DNA of 64,000 bases, taken from NCBI GenBank assembly GCA_030295235.1, contig AP026152.1:434001-498000 (forward strand), given 5' to 3'. This DNA comes from Fistulifera solaris (taxonomy: Eukaryota). This document shows, piece by piece, positions 34,909-46,993 of the stretch; the stretch's first letter is position 1; each line of letters begins with the position of its first letter. The position numbers and the translations under genes were made by a program. Under the pieces are notes generated by a model. That model did no database searches. It was given only the letters and a program-made list of their open reading frames with translations, and was not told where the DNA came from.

Positions 34909-35990
34909 TCAATCATGCATTTCGACCGGTAAAGATTGGACAAGACGACCGACAAAGTCTCGCAAAGCCAAAGACGCGGTGGCCTCGGGGAACAGCTCGG
35001 TAAACGATTTGCCCATTTCACACGATTTCAGTAAGTCCGGATCGAGAGGAAGTCGCCCCCAAAATGGTACAACATAATCGTGGCACATTCGCTCCGTTCC
35101 ACCGGTGCCAGCAAAGAAATCCGAGGCCACTAAACAATCCAGCACTTCCGGACATTTCTCCCTCAGCGTCGCCAGAATGGCTTCGGTACAATCCGACCCG
35201 TGCGCGGATAGGAACCGCAATTGGTTCATGCGGGCCTGAAAGGTGCCCATGTTTTCCACAACACCCAGTACGGGTACCGACGTCTTTTGCAAAACGACAA
35301 TTCCTTGCGCACGTCCGCCAAACTGACTTCTTCCGGTGTCGTAACAACAATGGCCCCGGCAATGTTTTGCGCCTTTTGTAGATATTGGACGGTCGAAATG
35401 TGCTCATCGCTGGTTCCGGGTGGCGTATCAACAATCAAATAATCCAAGCCGTCAGTTTCCCCAGTCCAGTCGACTTCGGTCAGAAATTGTTGAATGAGAG
35501 CATTTTTCCGTGGCCCTCTCCAAATCACCGCTTGATTGTGATCGGACAGCAGGAACGAAATGCTCATGACGGCGATATTACTGCTACTGTACACGGGAAT
35601 CCATGACCCGGACCCCGAATGACGCACAGTTTGTGCGACATAATCGTCTCCGAGCACCATCCGCGGCGCCGAGGGTCCGCACAAATCCACATCGAGCAAT
35701 CCCACGGCGTAGCCTTGGGAAGCCAACGTGTGACAGAGCTGCGCTGCTACCGTACTTTTTCCCACACCACCTTTGCCCGAAATGACCAATACCACGTGCT
35801 GTACATTCCGTAAGCTATGACGCAGTTGTTGTGCTTCGGCTTCGGCTTTCGCGATGGCTTCCGGAGACGAAAACGCGCCGGAAGCACAAGCGCCTTGATT
35901 CGGACATCCCTCACACGCGGAGGCTTTCCCGGCGCTTTCCGAAGTCGGGCCGACGCAATTTTCGTTGGCGTTGGAAGGTGCTTCTTGCAT
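34909..35990 (-). CDS. NBP35: Cytosolic Fe-S cluster assembly factor NBP35/NUBP1 (frameshift ~35288)
   Basis: N-terminal C..GKASACEGCPNQGAC cluster motif, SGKGGVGKST, DVDLCGPS, IWRGPRK, DTPPGTSDEH, VVTTPEEV, GVVENMG. Confidence 0.92.
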
Positions 35991-36417
35991 TTGCAGTGAT
36001 TGAAAGAAGCAGAAACACAAGGAGGATAATAGTCGACGAGTAAGAAAGGTAAAAATTGTAAATGCAAAAACTGCAAAATGAACATCTGTCGCCGCCGGAA
36101 AAGCATGGAAATCCGCGTTCCGCGTTTTATCTTACAGTAAATCAGTCGTGCTTGAGTGGAATTTGGAATGAGGAATGTCATTGCAAAATACCTTATCTAT
36201 CACACTATAAACCCAAAGTGTACCACAACTTTTACACGATTGAATCTCAGTCATGAGGGTGGCGTCACAAACACAGCACAACGGATGCAAAAAACGCATA
36301 GATTTCATTTTCACAAATCCGAACAGATTCTTTCATTCATTTCGAGTTTTTGTTATGCTGCAAGTCCTACTATACATTACTTGACTTGTCGCGAAACGAA
36401 ATCATATAACTGACATT

Positions 36418-39366
36418 ATGGAAAGGAAGATTGAGGATTCGGCAAAGCTACCGGAAGAGGAGAAGAAAGAGAGTGAGCATGCTGAAACAAGCTCTTTCGG
36501 TCGAAGCGAAAAACACGACAATGAGAACCGTCCGTTGAGTAGTAATAACACGGAAAGAAAGACAAGAGCAACGACTCAAAACTCCTCATCCAAACGAACT
36601 GTTTCATCCAAGTTACTTTATTGGATCGGATTCCTGTTGCGTTTCGTGTTTTTGGATATTGCGATCGCTCTGGTGTTTGCCCTGTCGTTGACAACAATTT
36701 ATCTGGGACGATTCACCGATGAGTACTTGCTTCCCGCTGGAAAACTCATGACTTGGAATTCCCAGCGCGCGGCACGTGAATTGACCTACTTTCATCGATA
36801 TTGCGACGAAGAGGACCAGAGTACGCATAACGCGGCCGATTTGCTCGTTGACAGCAACGCCGAGGATGCGACCCAGGTCATGCTGACGCACGGAGCAGCC
36901 ATGTTTCCCAATCTCTTATCGGAAGAAACGGCGACCGAGTTGCGTGACTTTATTTTGGAACAAAATAAGAAGAATGAGAACATGATTTATGTCATTGAGA
37001 ATACCAATCGCTGGTCCTTCTACTTGACGGTGGATCAGCATCCATCGGTTTCGAAAGCACTTCATGAACTGCTCAATACCAATCCACTACTCATTGAATC
37101 GTTAGAGAAAATTACAGGCCCGAATCCGGCCGTCATCGAGCTTACCACCATCACCAGCGCGTACGGGGCGGTCGATCAACATTGGCACCAAGATGTCGTA
37201 CCCGAAAACAACGGCGCGAAATATTCTCGCAATTTTGTGCCATCGTACTCGTTGTTCATTCCTTTACAAAATACGACCGCCGCCATGGGTGCCACGGGAT
37301 TGTGTCCTGGAACGACCATGTGTGCCGATGGGTGCGGAACATTCTGTGCCGAGACGGGTTTTCGACTTTCGCAGGCGACTCCGGAAGGAAATTGGCCCGT
37401 GGGGTGGGGTGCTCTTGTCAATCAACAAACGACCCATATGGGCGCCGGACACACCGATCCCCAAGGTCCCCACCGAGTGGTCATGGTCATCACGTTCGCG
37501 CCCCATCCACGATTTGGTCCTCGTGAATTGGAAACGCGGATGATCGGCATGGGTGGGTCGTATTCCCTGCACTGGTCCCAATGGGGTCATACGCTGCGGG
37601 ACTTTTCGAATCCTCAACGGTACATGAGGCAGCCTTGGCGAACATTAAGGAGTTTGGGACTGTACAAACCTTCTGGTACAGATTGGGGCTGGGATTTCGT
37701 GAGTCAAACACTACAACGTGTGATGAACGGCGATGTTGGTTATTATCTCGACGATCTGGTTGAGTTTGTAGAAAAGGTGGATTTCCTTTTCTTCCACAAT
37801 ATTTGCAAGGTCAACTGCCTCCTGGAGAGATCAGAAGCGCTCGCGCTGGATGGCTTCAAATTTTGGAAAGCACGATCGAGAAATTGCATGGCTTTGCCCG
37901 ACTAGCTTATACTCGCTACCTGATTGTGGCAACGGTGCTGATTGTAATAACTGCATTGTGTGGAGAAAAGCCTTTTGCTCGGAGTGTCGCCATGGCGATG
38001 CGGATAGGAATAGTACATCTGTTCATATTTTCTTTGAGTTGGTGGGCGTGGAACACCATGGAGAGTGGTAGCTGGGCTTTGAATGTCCGTCGCTCAGCAG
38101 CATTTCGCGTTCCCATTGGGCCGCATCCCATGTATCCCGACATTCCTGCCTCGATTCCACTCAACGATGATGTCTTGATTTTGAACGAAATGAAATCATC
38201 TTACATGGCATCGTTCAACGATGTGCTGGAAGTCATGCATCCCGGCAACAAGTACTTCAATGATCTTATCGACACCAGTAGCAAAGGATACCAGTCGCTA
38301 CCAAACATTTTGCAAGAAAGGCTGCGAACGAGTATTGTAGATTCACTATACGGTGATCAGAGGAGAATCCTGACCAAGAACGCGGGAGGTAATTGGGCTG
38401 AGGTAGATCGCAATCACGCCATCTGGTATTGCCACAAGCAACTCGCGGTTAGAAGCAACGATTTGGTCGAGTTGTCTATGAATTATCTTGATCATGCTCT
38501 GATGGAAACGCGATTCGGGTACTTTCGTCACACTGTTATGCACCAGAAGCACATTCCAATGTTTTTGATGAAACTGCAGTCCGATCTCTTGCGGCTTTCA
38601 CCGCACCCAAAAGCGCATCCAAAGGAGGAACAACCGTCCAACACCTTTTTGGCGCGCAGCGGGTTTACCAAAACCCCCAACATTGAATAACGAAAGCTAT
38701 CGATGGCAAGAGAGCAGCCCACTCATGTCATTGCGAGAAGCTGAAGATCCGTTTCCGGGGGGCGTGGTCAGCGGAGGGTGACGAAGTAGAAGCTTTGTAC
38801 GCGAGTGATTCGAGAGGTAGGTTTTGCAAAAATGTTCGGATTGTTGCCTCCGTTGACGTTTCATCTCGGTACCTTATCATTTCCTTTCTGCAATAGAATG
38901 GTATAAAGGAACAATCATAAGAGCCAGCTCGGATCGATTGACCTGGACCGTACGATTCGACGACGGGGATGTTGTCAATAACGTCTGTGCGCAATGCGTG
39001 CGTCCTTTCGTTCCCTATCAACAGGGAGAACGTGTGGAAGTGCGCATTTCCGATTCCGCATTTGCGGCCGGGCACGTAGCGGCAGTCAAAGACGGTAGTT
39101 ACGACGTGACCTTGGAAGATGGCAGCATTGTTTCTGGTGCGTCGAGTGCCGAGATGCGACGGGTAGATGACGTTTCAAACGAAGAGGAAGATGATGACGT
39201 GATCATAGAGCCTGGAGATCGTGTGATGGCCATGTTTCCCGGTCTGCCGAAGAAATGGTTCCCTGGCGTGATTGAAGAACAGAATGAGGACGGATCGTTT
39301 GCCATTCAATACGACGACGGTGATTATGCACCTCGAGTTGATCCTCGTCACGTCCGATTACTGTAA
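36418..39366 (+). CDS. Membrane-anchored PhyH-like Fe(II)/2-oxoglutarate dioxygenase fused to a HPGN (DUF6824-like) module and three Tudor/Agenet-like domains; intron ~38817-38896; several frameshifts
   Basis: TM helix; QHWHQD and HMGAG...HRVVM (HxD...H facial triad); two further TM helices; DDVL...HPGNKYFNDLI; repeats EGDEVEALY...WYKGTI...VRFDDGD, GERVEVR...YDVTLEDG, PGDRVMAMF...WFPGVI...IQYDDGD. Confidence 0.7.
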
Positions 39367-39477
39367 TGTTAGCATCGAACAGGCATAGATGTCTTGGAAA
39401 ACGCTTCTAGCGTTGCTTCTCGGATTTGGCGTCTTTGAACAGCCTTTTAAATATTTTCCTCTTGTATTAATAAATAT

Positions 39478-39983
39478 AGCTTAGCCAGAAACATTGCTGT
39501 GCATTGTGTATGTAAGAGATCTAGGCGCAAAGAGGAAAAGAAAAGATGTGGGCTCTCTCTATAACCTTTGCGAGATCGAGATCTATGTCTAACCCTAACT
39601 ATAAGCACTCTCTCTTAATTATTCCAGCCGGGCGACAATCTTCCTTGGGTGCATGACAGACGAAAGGCGTAAGATTTGTACTGCAATAACGTTTGTTTTG
39701 TTGACAATAAAGATCGTTCATCGTTGCAACAGCTTAGCCAGAAACATTGCTGTGCATTGTGTATGTAAGAGATCTAGGCGCAAAGAGGAAAAGAAAAGAT
39801 GTGGGCTCTCTCTATAACCTTTGCGAGATCGAGATCTATGTCTAACCCTAACTATAAGCACTCTCTCTTAATCATTCCAGCCGGGCGACAATCTTCCTTG
39901 GGTGCATGACAGACGAAAGGCGTAAGATTTGTACTGCAATAACGTTTGTTTTGTTGACAATAAAGATCGTTCATCGTTGCAAC
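39478..39983. repeat. 253-bp head-to-tail tandem duplication (39478-39730, 39731-39983)
   Basis: Both copies read directly; the single difference found is ctcttaattattcc vs ctcttaatcattcc. Confidence 0.95.
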
Positions 39984-40036
39984 ACGCTTGTGTTGGCTTG
40001 CGATCCAACATTGCTGTCCGCATTTCGTTGACAGCC

Positions 40037-43000
40037 ATGGACGCGGCATCTTCTCATTCCTTCGGGATTTCTGAAATCCCAGGATCGCCTTCGTTCCGCA
40101 ACTCGGCCGTAAACGCGATTGCGGTCATTCCCTTATTGAGCAGTAAGCGCGACGGAGACGATGCTTCTACCAAGTCCACCAAGTCCTTCGGTGATCTGTT
40201 CGATGCGCTGCGTCGATATACTCAAAGCTTCGGAAATTCGGCGTCTTCGGAAGGTGAAGACTTTTATCTTATCGTTCCGAATAGTAGTTTAACGAGACCA
40301 GGTGACTGGAAATACGATGAAACGCCCTTGAAAGGTTTTCACTGGCAGCACGGCTGTCAGCGAATGCGCCTCTTTGACGGGCGCCCGGAATATTCGCGTT
40401 TGGCCCACGACCGCTTAATGAATCATACCATCGCCCGAGAATGGATCGATTTGTGTCCGAGTCGCCGCACGGCCGCTGTCATTGGTGTGTTGAACGTTCA
40501 CGATTGTCACGATATTTCCGATCTTCATCGGGCCGAAGAAGAACTACGAAAATGGGCCGAGAAGTACGCATCGCCTCCGTACGAAGTCTCGGCACACGGG
40601 AAAGATGCCGAACGGGATCATCCCGTATACCGGATGTTTGTGTACGACAGCTTTGACGAAGTGGGTCAGAAAATTGATTTGTCACACTCCAAGATGGGCT
40701 CCCAAATTTTGGCATTTCCGCCGACCGATGATTCACACGCGCAAATGATGGATCTTCATTTGAACGTAGTCATCAACGATCTAGCGGTCGCGATCTTCCG
40801 AGACCTCGAGTCCAAGATTCGGGAGTCGGATCAAATCCGGAACGCGGCGAATCCACCGGCACCGTCGCAAAACAGTGTATTGAGTCGCATTATATCGGCG
40901 AGTAATAGTGAAAAATCTGACCCATCCAAAGATGGAAAATTAAATGTCGGAAGACTGGCGGGTTTGGTGAGTGCGGGCAATCCATTGGCGGACACCGAGG
41001 CGGATGACGCGAGCACGGTAGGAGGCAACACCGAAGCAACATCGAGCGGGTCGGTGGATGGTTCATCGTTCAAGGCGAGTTCCTCGTTACCGCTTCTTTT
41101 AACGCCACTGGATACATACTGGGAGCAAGCCAACTTGACGCGAAAAGACATGGACGATATTCGGAAACGAGACATGGGCCGGCGCGAAAAGTACTCCGCG
41201 GATTTGGCCCTCTTGGCCGGCTCTCCTTTAGATGCGTACGAACGATACCTGAAAGCGGCGGAATTGTGCAAAAGTTCGTCGGCTTCGGACCCATTGTGGT
41301 ATGCGGCGAGTCTCGAAGGATGTGCCGGTGCGCATATTTCCATGGCGGAAGCGGGAGGTTACAATGTCGATGAATATTTGGAAAACAATTTTCAGCTGCC
41401 CAAAGACTTTTTTCATTTGATGAAAATTCCGGAGGGTGAGAAGTATTCGAATGTGAAGCAAACTCTCCCTGATGTCGTCATTGCCCTTTGCGAGGAAGCT
41501 TTAGCAATTGTCAGCCGGAACGCACTTCTCTCGGCCTATCGCGCTGAAATCTTGTTGAAGATGGCATGGTATTTATCGGATTTGGCAGAAAGACATCAAA
41601 GGTGTCGTTGGGGTGAAGGTGATGGCTGCTATGCAGGAGAACCTGGAAGCACACCACGATGGGAACGCACGTCTGTCTTCGCGTTGGATTTCGATACTGA
41701 AAAACTACGTGAAAATGGGTCATCGAATGCCCGAAAGCATACACTGAAGCGAATTGCAAAGATTTGCGAGCTGTTGGGTACAGCAAGCAGTCTGAGCTCT
41801 CTTCATTCAGGCACCAGGGTAGATATTGCAGCTCAAGCTGTGAGCATCTGTTTGCAAGGTATAAAGGTGAGTTCCACGTTTTGATTAAACGTCTCGGAAG
41901 AAAAAAAAACTCTAATTTTTACCCTTTCAGCCGACCAGCTTCGGGGTGGTTGAGAGTGCGCCTGTCGTTCTCAATCGGAAAGCAGCTTTTTACGCCGCAA
42001 TAGCAGCAGACGCAGCAGGGACCGACTCATCATCCAGCGCAATGCAACTATGGTTATTGACAACGCGGCTTTACTCCAGGATCCGGGCCCATCCTATGGA
42101 TGGGCAACATTACGATCTGCATGTCTCAGTACGCTTGCATCGAGAGGAAACTCGCCTCTGTGTTTGAAAGCGGCAGAAGAGCTTCTTTCCTTACTTTCTA
42201 CTCTCGAGCCAAGTAGGAAGATGGATGATGTGCCGGACAGTGATGATGACCAAGAAGAGGCGAGTATTAAAGTATCAGTAATGGACATCAGTAGTCATGG
42301 CTCTACACACGAAGAAAGCAAGCAACAGGACGAGCCAACCGACTTGGATGAGAAAAATGGTGTCGACGCTACGTCGAAAATAACGTCGACCAAAGTCTTT
42401 GCAAAACAACTTAGAGATACGATTACAACATTTGCAAGCTCTTCGTCCTCATTCATTGCTCAGCAGTCAAAATGGGCGACCGACGAACCACTAGCTAACT
42501 TGCTAGTTCCGCTAGGGGAATCTTCATCACTGTCTATCCTCGCGACAGACTTACATTGCGTTTGGCCGAGCTCTGATCTGAGCAAATGCTCCTCAGTTCA
42601 AAACCAGTGCCTTAATTGTCTCAGCCTTCTGCGACGAGCATTGACTACGCCATCACAGAGTTGTTCGAATTTTCCGTTGATTTATGCTGATGAAGTCAAA
42701 CCGCCAGGTCCACTATTTGTAATTTCAGCTAGTGCAGCATGCGTTGTCTCTGAGATAGAAAGCGTCAAAAGTGTATCTCACGCTGCCGCCGGGGACGCGG
42801 CCAATCCAGCAATGTCGACGTTTTACAATCCGTTTGAATCCAAGAGAAACGCAGGGGGGCGAGAGAAAGCGAGAAACATACTTGAGGGAGAGGAGCGTGT
42901 TGTTTCTGTCAAGTTTGGAAACAAGCTATCCGTATCCGTTGAAGTAACGAATGCCCAATTGATATTTAAAGAAAGTGAATCGATATTGCCAGTGTCTACG

Positions 43001-44738
43001 CCTCTCGCTTTCGCTGTTCCAGCAAACACTTCAGATTTTACCGTGTATTTTCCACTTACAGTGATAAGTCGAGGCCCTCAGGGAAGTGCTGATGCGATGG
43101 GGACTATACACATCAAAGGGATTGAATGCGAGTGCTTGGGGCAAGTGGAATTTATCCAGCTATCAATTGATTCCGAGGACCGTGGATATTCTCAATTATC
43201 GAACAATATATTACCCATCCCTACGTCCGTGTATCCTTTTGCTCCGAAAACCAAAAAGATTACTGGTGATGATCCCGAATCGTTAAAAGCTTTAATTCAA
43301 GCCTTTCCTTCCCAACCAACGCTGGAACTTCGCTTAGCAGAATCGGATCTACCTGTGAGTAAACTGTCGGCTGCTATTAAAAACGCTGCATTATACACAA
43401 GTGTTCCTCTCCGACTATTTTCGAGCGGTGGGGCATTTAACAGAGGAAACGTTGAACACTTGGAAATCTTTGTATTGGGCAGTGCTGGTATCAACCAGAA
43501 AATCTACGATAGCTCAGCACCACCTTCTGAAAATGAAAGCGACGACGAATTTCTTAAAGGCTGGCTAGTAACCAAAACGTCAGCCCCTCTGAAAATAAGA
43601 GCAAAACCAGCAACCTTGAGCATGAAAGGGATTTATGGACAGAACACTCAAAACGACGATGCAAACACCATTCGATTCCAGATAGCATCTGGATACGATG
43701 CAAATAAGAAACTCCCCTCATTATCAACGCTCAATTTCAAGTTCCGCTACAGTGGAAGCTCTCGAGGAGGACTTCAGGTATGGAGGTCAAAAAGTTTTGT
43801 GATGGAAATCACGGCCTCTAGCGGTCCATGCATCTCGTCGATTTCGTTTTTACAAGAAGCAAAGATTAGTCATTTGATAGAGGAGTTGTGTGCGAAAGAA
43901 CCGAGCTTTAGCACCCAGCAAACCGAGGAGCAAGCTTATAGTGTTGGGGAAAGTGTGTCGGCGAATCTCTGCAACACAGAAGTTGGGATATTTGTTACAG
44001 TGACAAACGCATCAGACTACACGGTTGAGCTCTCAAGAGAAGATGGTTATTTGGGCGAAGCAGCTTCTGTTCCCATCGACAAACTTTTGTTGCGTCCATT
44101 AGTAAACGTGAAGATTCCCATGACTTTGTCCAGGATTAAAGTAAGCACGAAGGACGATATCTTCAAAAATATTGTTGATAAGATACAAAGTTCAGCTGTC
44201 TTGGTCTGGAAGACCGAAGGGTCATCTTTAGAGGAAAATAAAGGCCAGATACGCATTCCACGGAGTTGTTTGGAGGATTTGGTTCGAAGAGAGACATCTC
44301 TTGTTTCAAAATTGATTGAACCTCCTCTTACTTTTGAAATCTGCGTGGACAATTTCTCATCAGCAGAGGCCACGAAAGACATAGGGCTTGGAAGCCCAGG
44401 AGCGAAAGTGTCTGCGGTTCTCAAAGTAGCCGACTGGGTTACCGAAGAAGAGAAAAAAATCGAACGATGCAGTTATTGAATTGGTTTGTGTCCATGAAAA
44501 CGGCACGTCCATGTCGCGCGACCTGTTTCACTGGGCTGGCAAAGTCAGTCATAGGGTGAAACTTTCTTCTGAATCATTCGCGCATAGTGCACGCATTATA
44601 TTTCATCGACCCGGTGTATATATCGTTACAGCTTGTGCGAAGTTTGTAGACGTTGACAAGAGCCAGAATCGTGGAATGGAAATGTGGTGCGCTCCTTTCT
44701 CCCGACGCATTGTTGTCAGCGACATGATGGCGCAGTAA
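40037..44738 (+). CDS. TRAPPC9: TRAPP II subunit TRAPPC9/Trs120-like; intron 41867-41930; frameshifts ~42076 and ~44460
   Basis: GRREKYSADLALLAGSPLDAYERY...DPLWYAASLEG, RKAAFYA, GWATL, FYNPF and beta-rich C-terminal domains. Confidence 0.8.
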
Positions 44739-44949
44739 ATCTCTTAGCATAACGGCGTACATTTCTGATCAATGCAAGCAGACTGTTAATTACGCTGTTA
44801 ATATAATGAATAATGATCAAGAGTTCGCTCTTGAGTGTACGTGTAACAAGATAAAGGTTTGGAACCTCCTCCGATATCATGGGGAAGGCCTTCAATTAAA
44901 CGCCGACTGGGACCCAGACCGAAAAGCACGAATTGTTTTGAAAGAATCT

Positions 44950-46287
44950 CTACTCTTTCAAAACTGCATCTCTCAATTTTTCTCGCATCTCGGGTCCAAA
45001 TCCTATCCAATCGCAATACCCTTCGACGCTCCCGTATTCCGTTTCAATCGCCACCAAAATGTCCCTCATGACAGCCGGTGGCGCTCCCAAGAATGTCTTT
45101 GCGTCCAAATTACGCTGAGAAAGAGCACCAACCATAGCTTGGTGATCATTCATCTCGGCATAGACATTCGCCGACAGCGTGTAGTCTTCCACAATGTCTT
45201 CCGATTTCACACCACACAAAGCCAAAATGATAGCAGCGATGATTCCAGTCCTATCCTTTCCAGCCGTGCAGTAAAATGCAATGGGATGGCGATTTCTGTC
45301 CGCACATAACTCCAACACGTGGCGAATACCGGGATTGGCATACCGCAACAAGAGCTCATTCAACATTTGCAGCCCTCCACCGTTGATTTCGTCCAAGAAC
45401 GGCTTCTTTGCCGAGCTTCTTACTCGACGAGAAAGAATAGCCCCCGGTGATTTCAAGATGGACTTGGTAATATCCCGTTTTCGGACTCGACTGAGAGTGC
45501 CTTTGACATACTTGAACTCGTTCATCAAGCTGACAAAGTGTCGTTCTTTTCGATTTTGCCCCGCATCATAGACCATGGTTTCTGCATCATCTTGCGCACA
45601 ATCGGTTGTTTCATATCCGCAATCTCCGTCGTCCTCTGCATCGACGGTCAAGGCTTGTTCCAGTCGCGCCGGATCATCACTGAGCACCGCATCGACGACT
45701 TCACGAGGAGTATTGACGGCGGTCTTACGATCTTGCATCAAGCGCTTAAAGACGTTCCGGGAGCGAACCGGTCCTTCTCCGACTTTGAGTTCGCGCAAAC
45801 AGCCCTCCTTTCCGCGACCTCGTTCTTGCCATACCACATTGGTGAACTCCTTGAAAACATCTTCGCGCATCAACGTCGGATCATCTTTTAGTTCGGTCGG
45901 CGATCGCAAATCCACCAGCGTTTTGAAGCCCACTTTTTGAAATAATAGTTGAATGTCTTCTTCGGTGGCATCACTGACGCGTCCCATACGAAAAATGCGT
46001 CCCGGTTGAATGGGGGAATTTCGCACGGACGCCAAATCACGGGCATTTTTTACCTTTTGCAACGGCAAATTGCGTTCTTCGCACAAGGCTTTGCAATGCT
46101 GTAAAAAAGTCGTTTGATCGGAATCGTCCAACATGGGTTCATCGGGTTTCAAAACAGATTGTGTAAAGAGTTGGGTGGTGGTTCGCATGTCACGATGGAA
46201 ATTCCACGAACAGGATTTTCCGGAAAGGAGAAGTGCCAGAAGCGAACACAGTCGTTTGCGAGCGGAATAACTGGATGCAGGCACCAT
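44950..46287 (-). CDS. PtpB/LipA-type (Y_phosphatase3) protein tyrosine/lipid phosphatase
   Basis: NARDLAS, LVDLRSPTE, FYCTAGKDRTG P-loop, IVEDYTLS, YGSVEGY. Confidence 0.88.
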   Translation of the reverse strand: MVPASSYSARKRLCSLLALLLSGKSCSWNFHRDMRTTTQLFTQSVLKPDEPMLDDSDQTTFLQHCKALCEERNLPLQKVKNARDLASVRNSPIQPGRIFRMGRVSDATEEDIQLLFQKVGFKTLVDLRSPTELKDDPTLMREDVFKEFTNVVWQERGRGKEGCLRELKVGEGPVRSRNVFKRLMQDRKTAVNTPREVVDAVLSDDPARLEQALTVDAEDDGDCGYETTDCAQDDAETMVYDAGQNRKERHFVSLMNEFKYVKGTLSRVRKRDITKSILKSPGAILSRRVRSSAKKPFLDEINGGGLQMLNELLLRYANPGIRHVLELCADRNRHPIAFYCTAGKDRTGIIAAIILALCGVKSEDIVEDYTLSANVYAEMNDHQAMVGALSQRNLDAKTFLGAPPAVMRDILVAIETEYGSVEGYCDWIGFGPEMREKLRDAVLKE

Positions 46288-46993
46288 AGTATACTCGATT
46301 ACAAAATTATGATGAATTATTTGTTGAATGACAAACGGTAGAAACGATTTTGAAAGGAAGAAAGAATGTTCATCCTAGAACGGATCTTTGAAATTCAAAA
46401 GCAACGTATCAATTGCTACCAAGGCGTCGTAGACCGTGTTGCATGTCGCACATTTGTCGCCGTGTCGTTGCAACGACGACATCAAACCTCGACGACGTCA
46501 GAAACGGGGAGGGGACGAAGACCAAACGGTAAGCAAGACGTCCTATCCGTGACCTAGTGCAATACAGTCCCGGAATGTGTCAACCGACCAACTACCAAGG
46601 GCGATGCAATTACCGCAATTTTTCTCAATATGTATTAGCATCATACACTGACATCATGAATTAATGGATTAACTAGTTTGTTTGCTTGCGTTGCAGCGAA
46701 GAATGTCAACGTAATAATGTTTCAAAACACTCCAACGGTGTTGACTATCGTCAAAAGTGTGGACGGAACGACCATCCGACTCCATTGAAATCCAGTCCCG
46801 AACAAATTCGTTTCTTGACGCAAGAGCAAGAACCCTTTTTCTCTTGGCAATGGTGGTGACAAATTCGTGTATTTTGTAGCGCAATGTCATCAATGAATCT
46901 TTATGTTAGAATGGTGATTTTTTAGGGGCACAGTACTTGAAAAATAATGACTTGGAAATCGCAACTTTTATACTATACAATAAAGTGTAGGTT

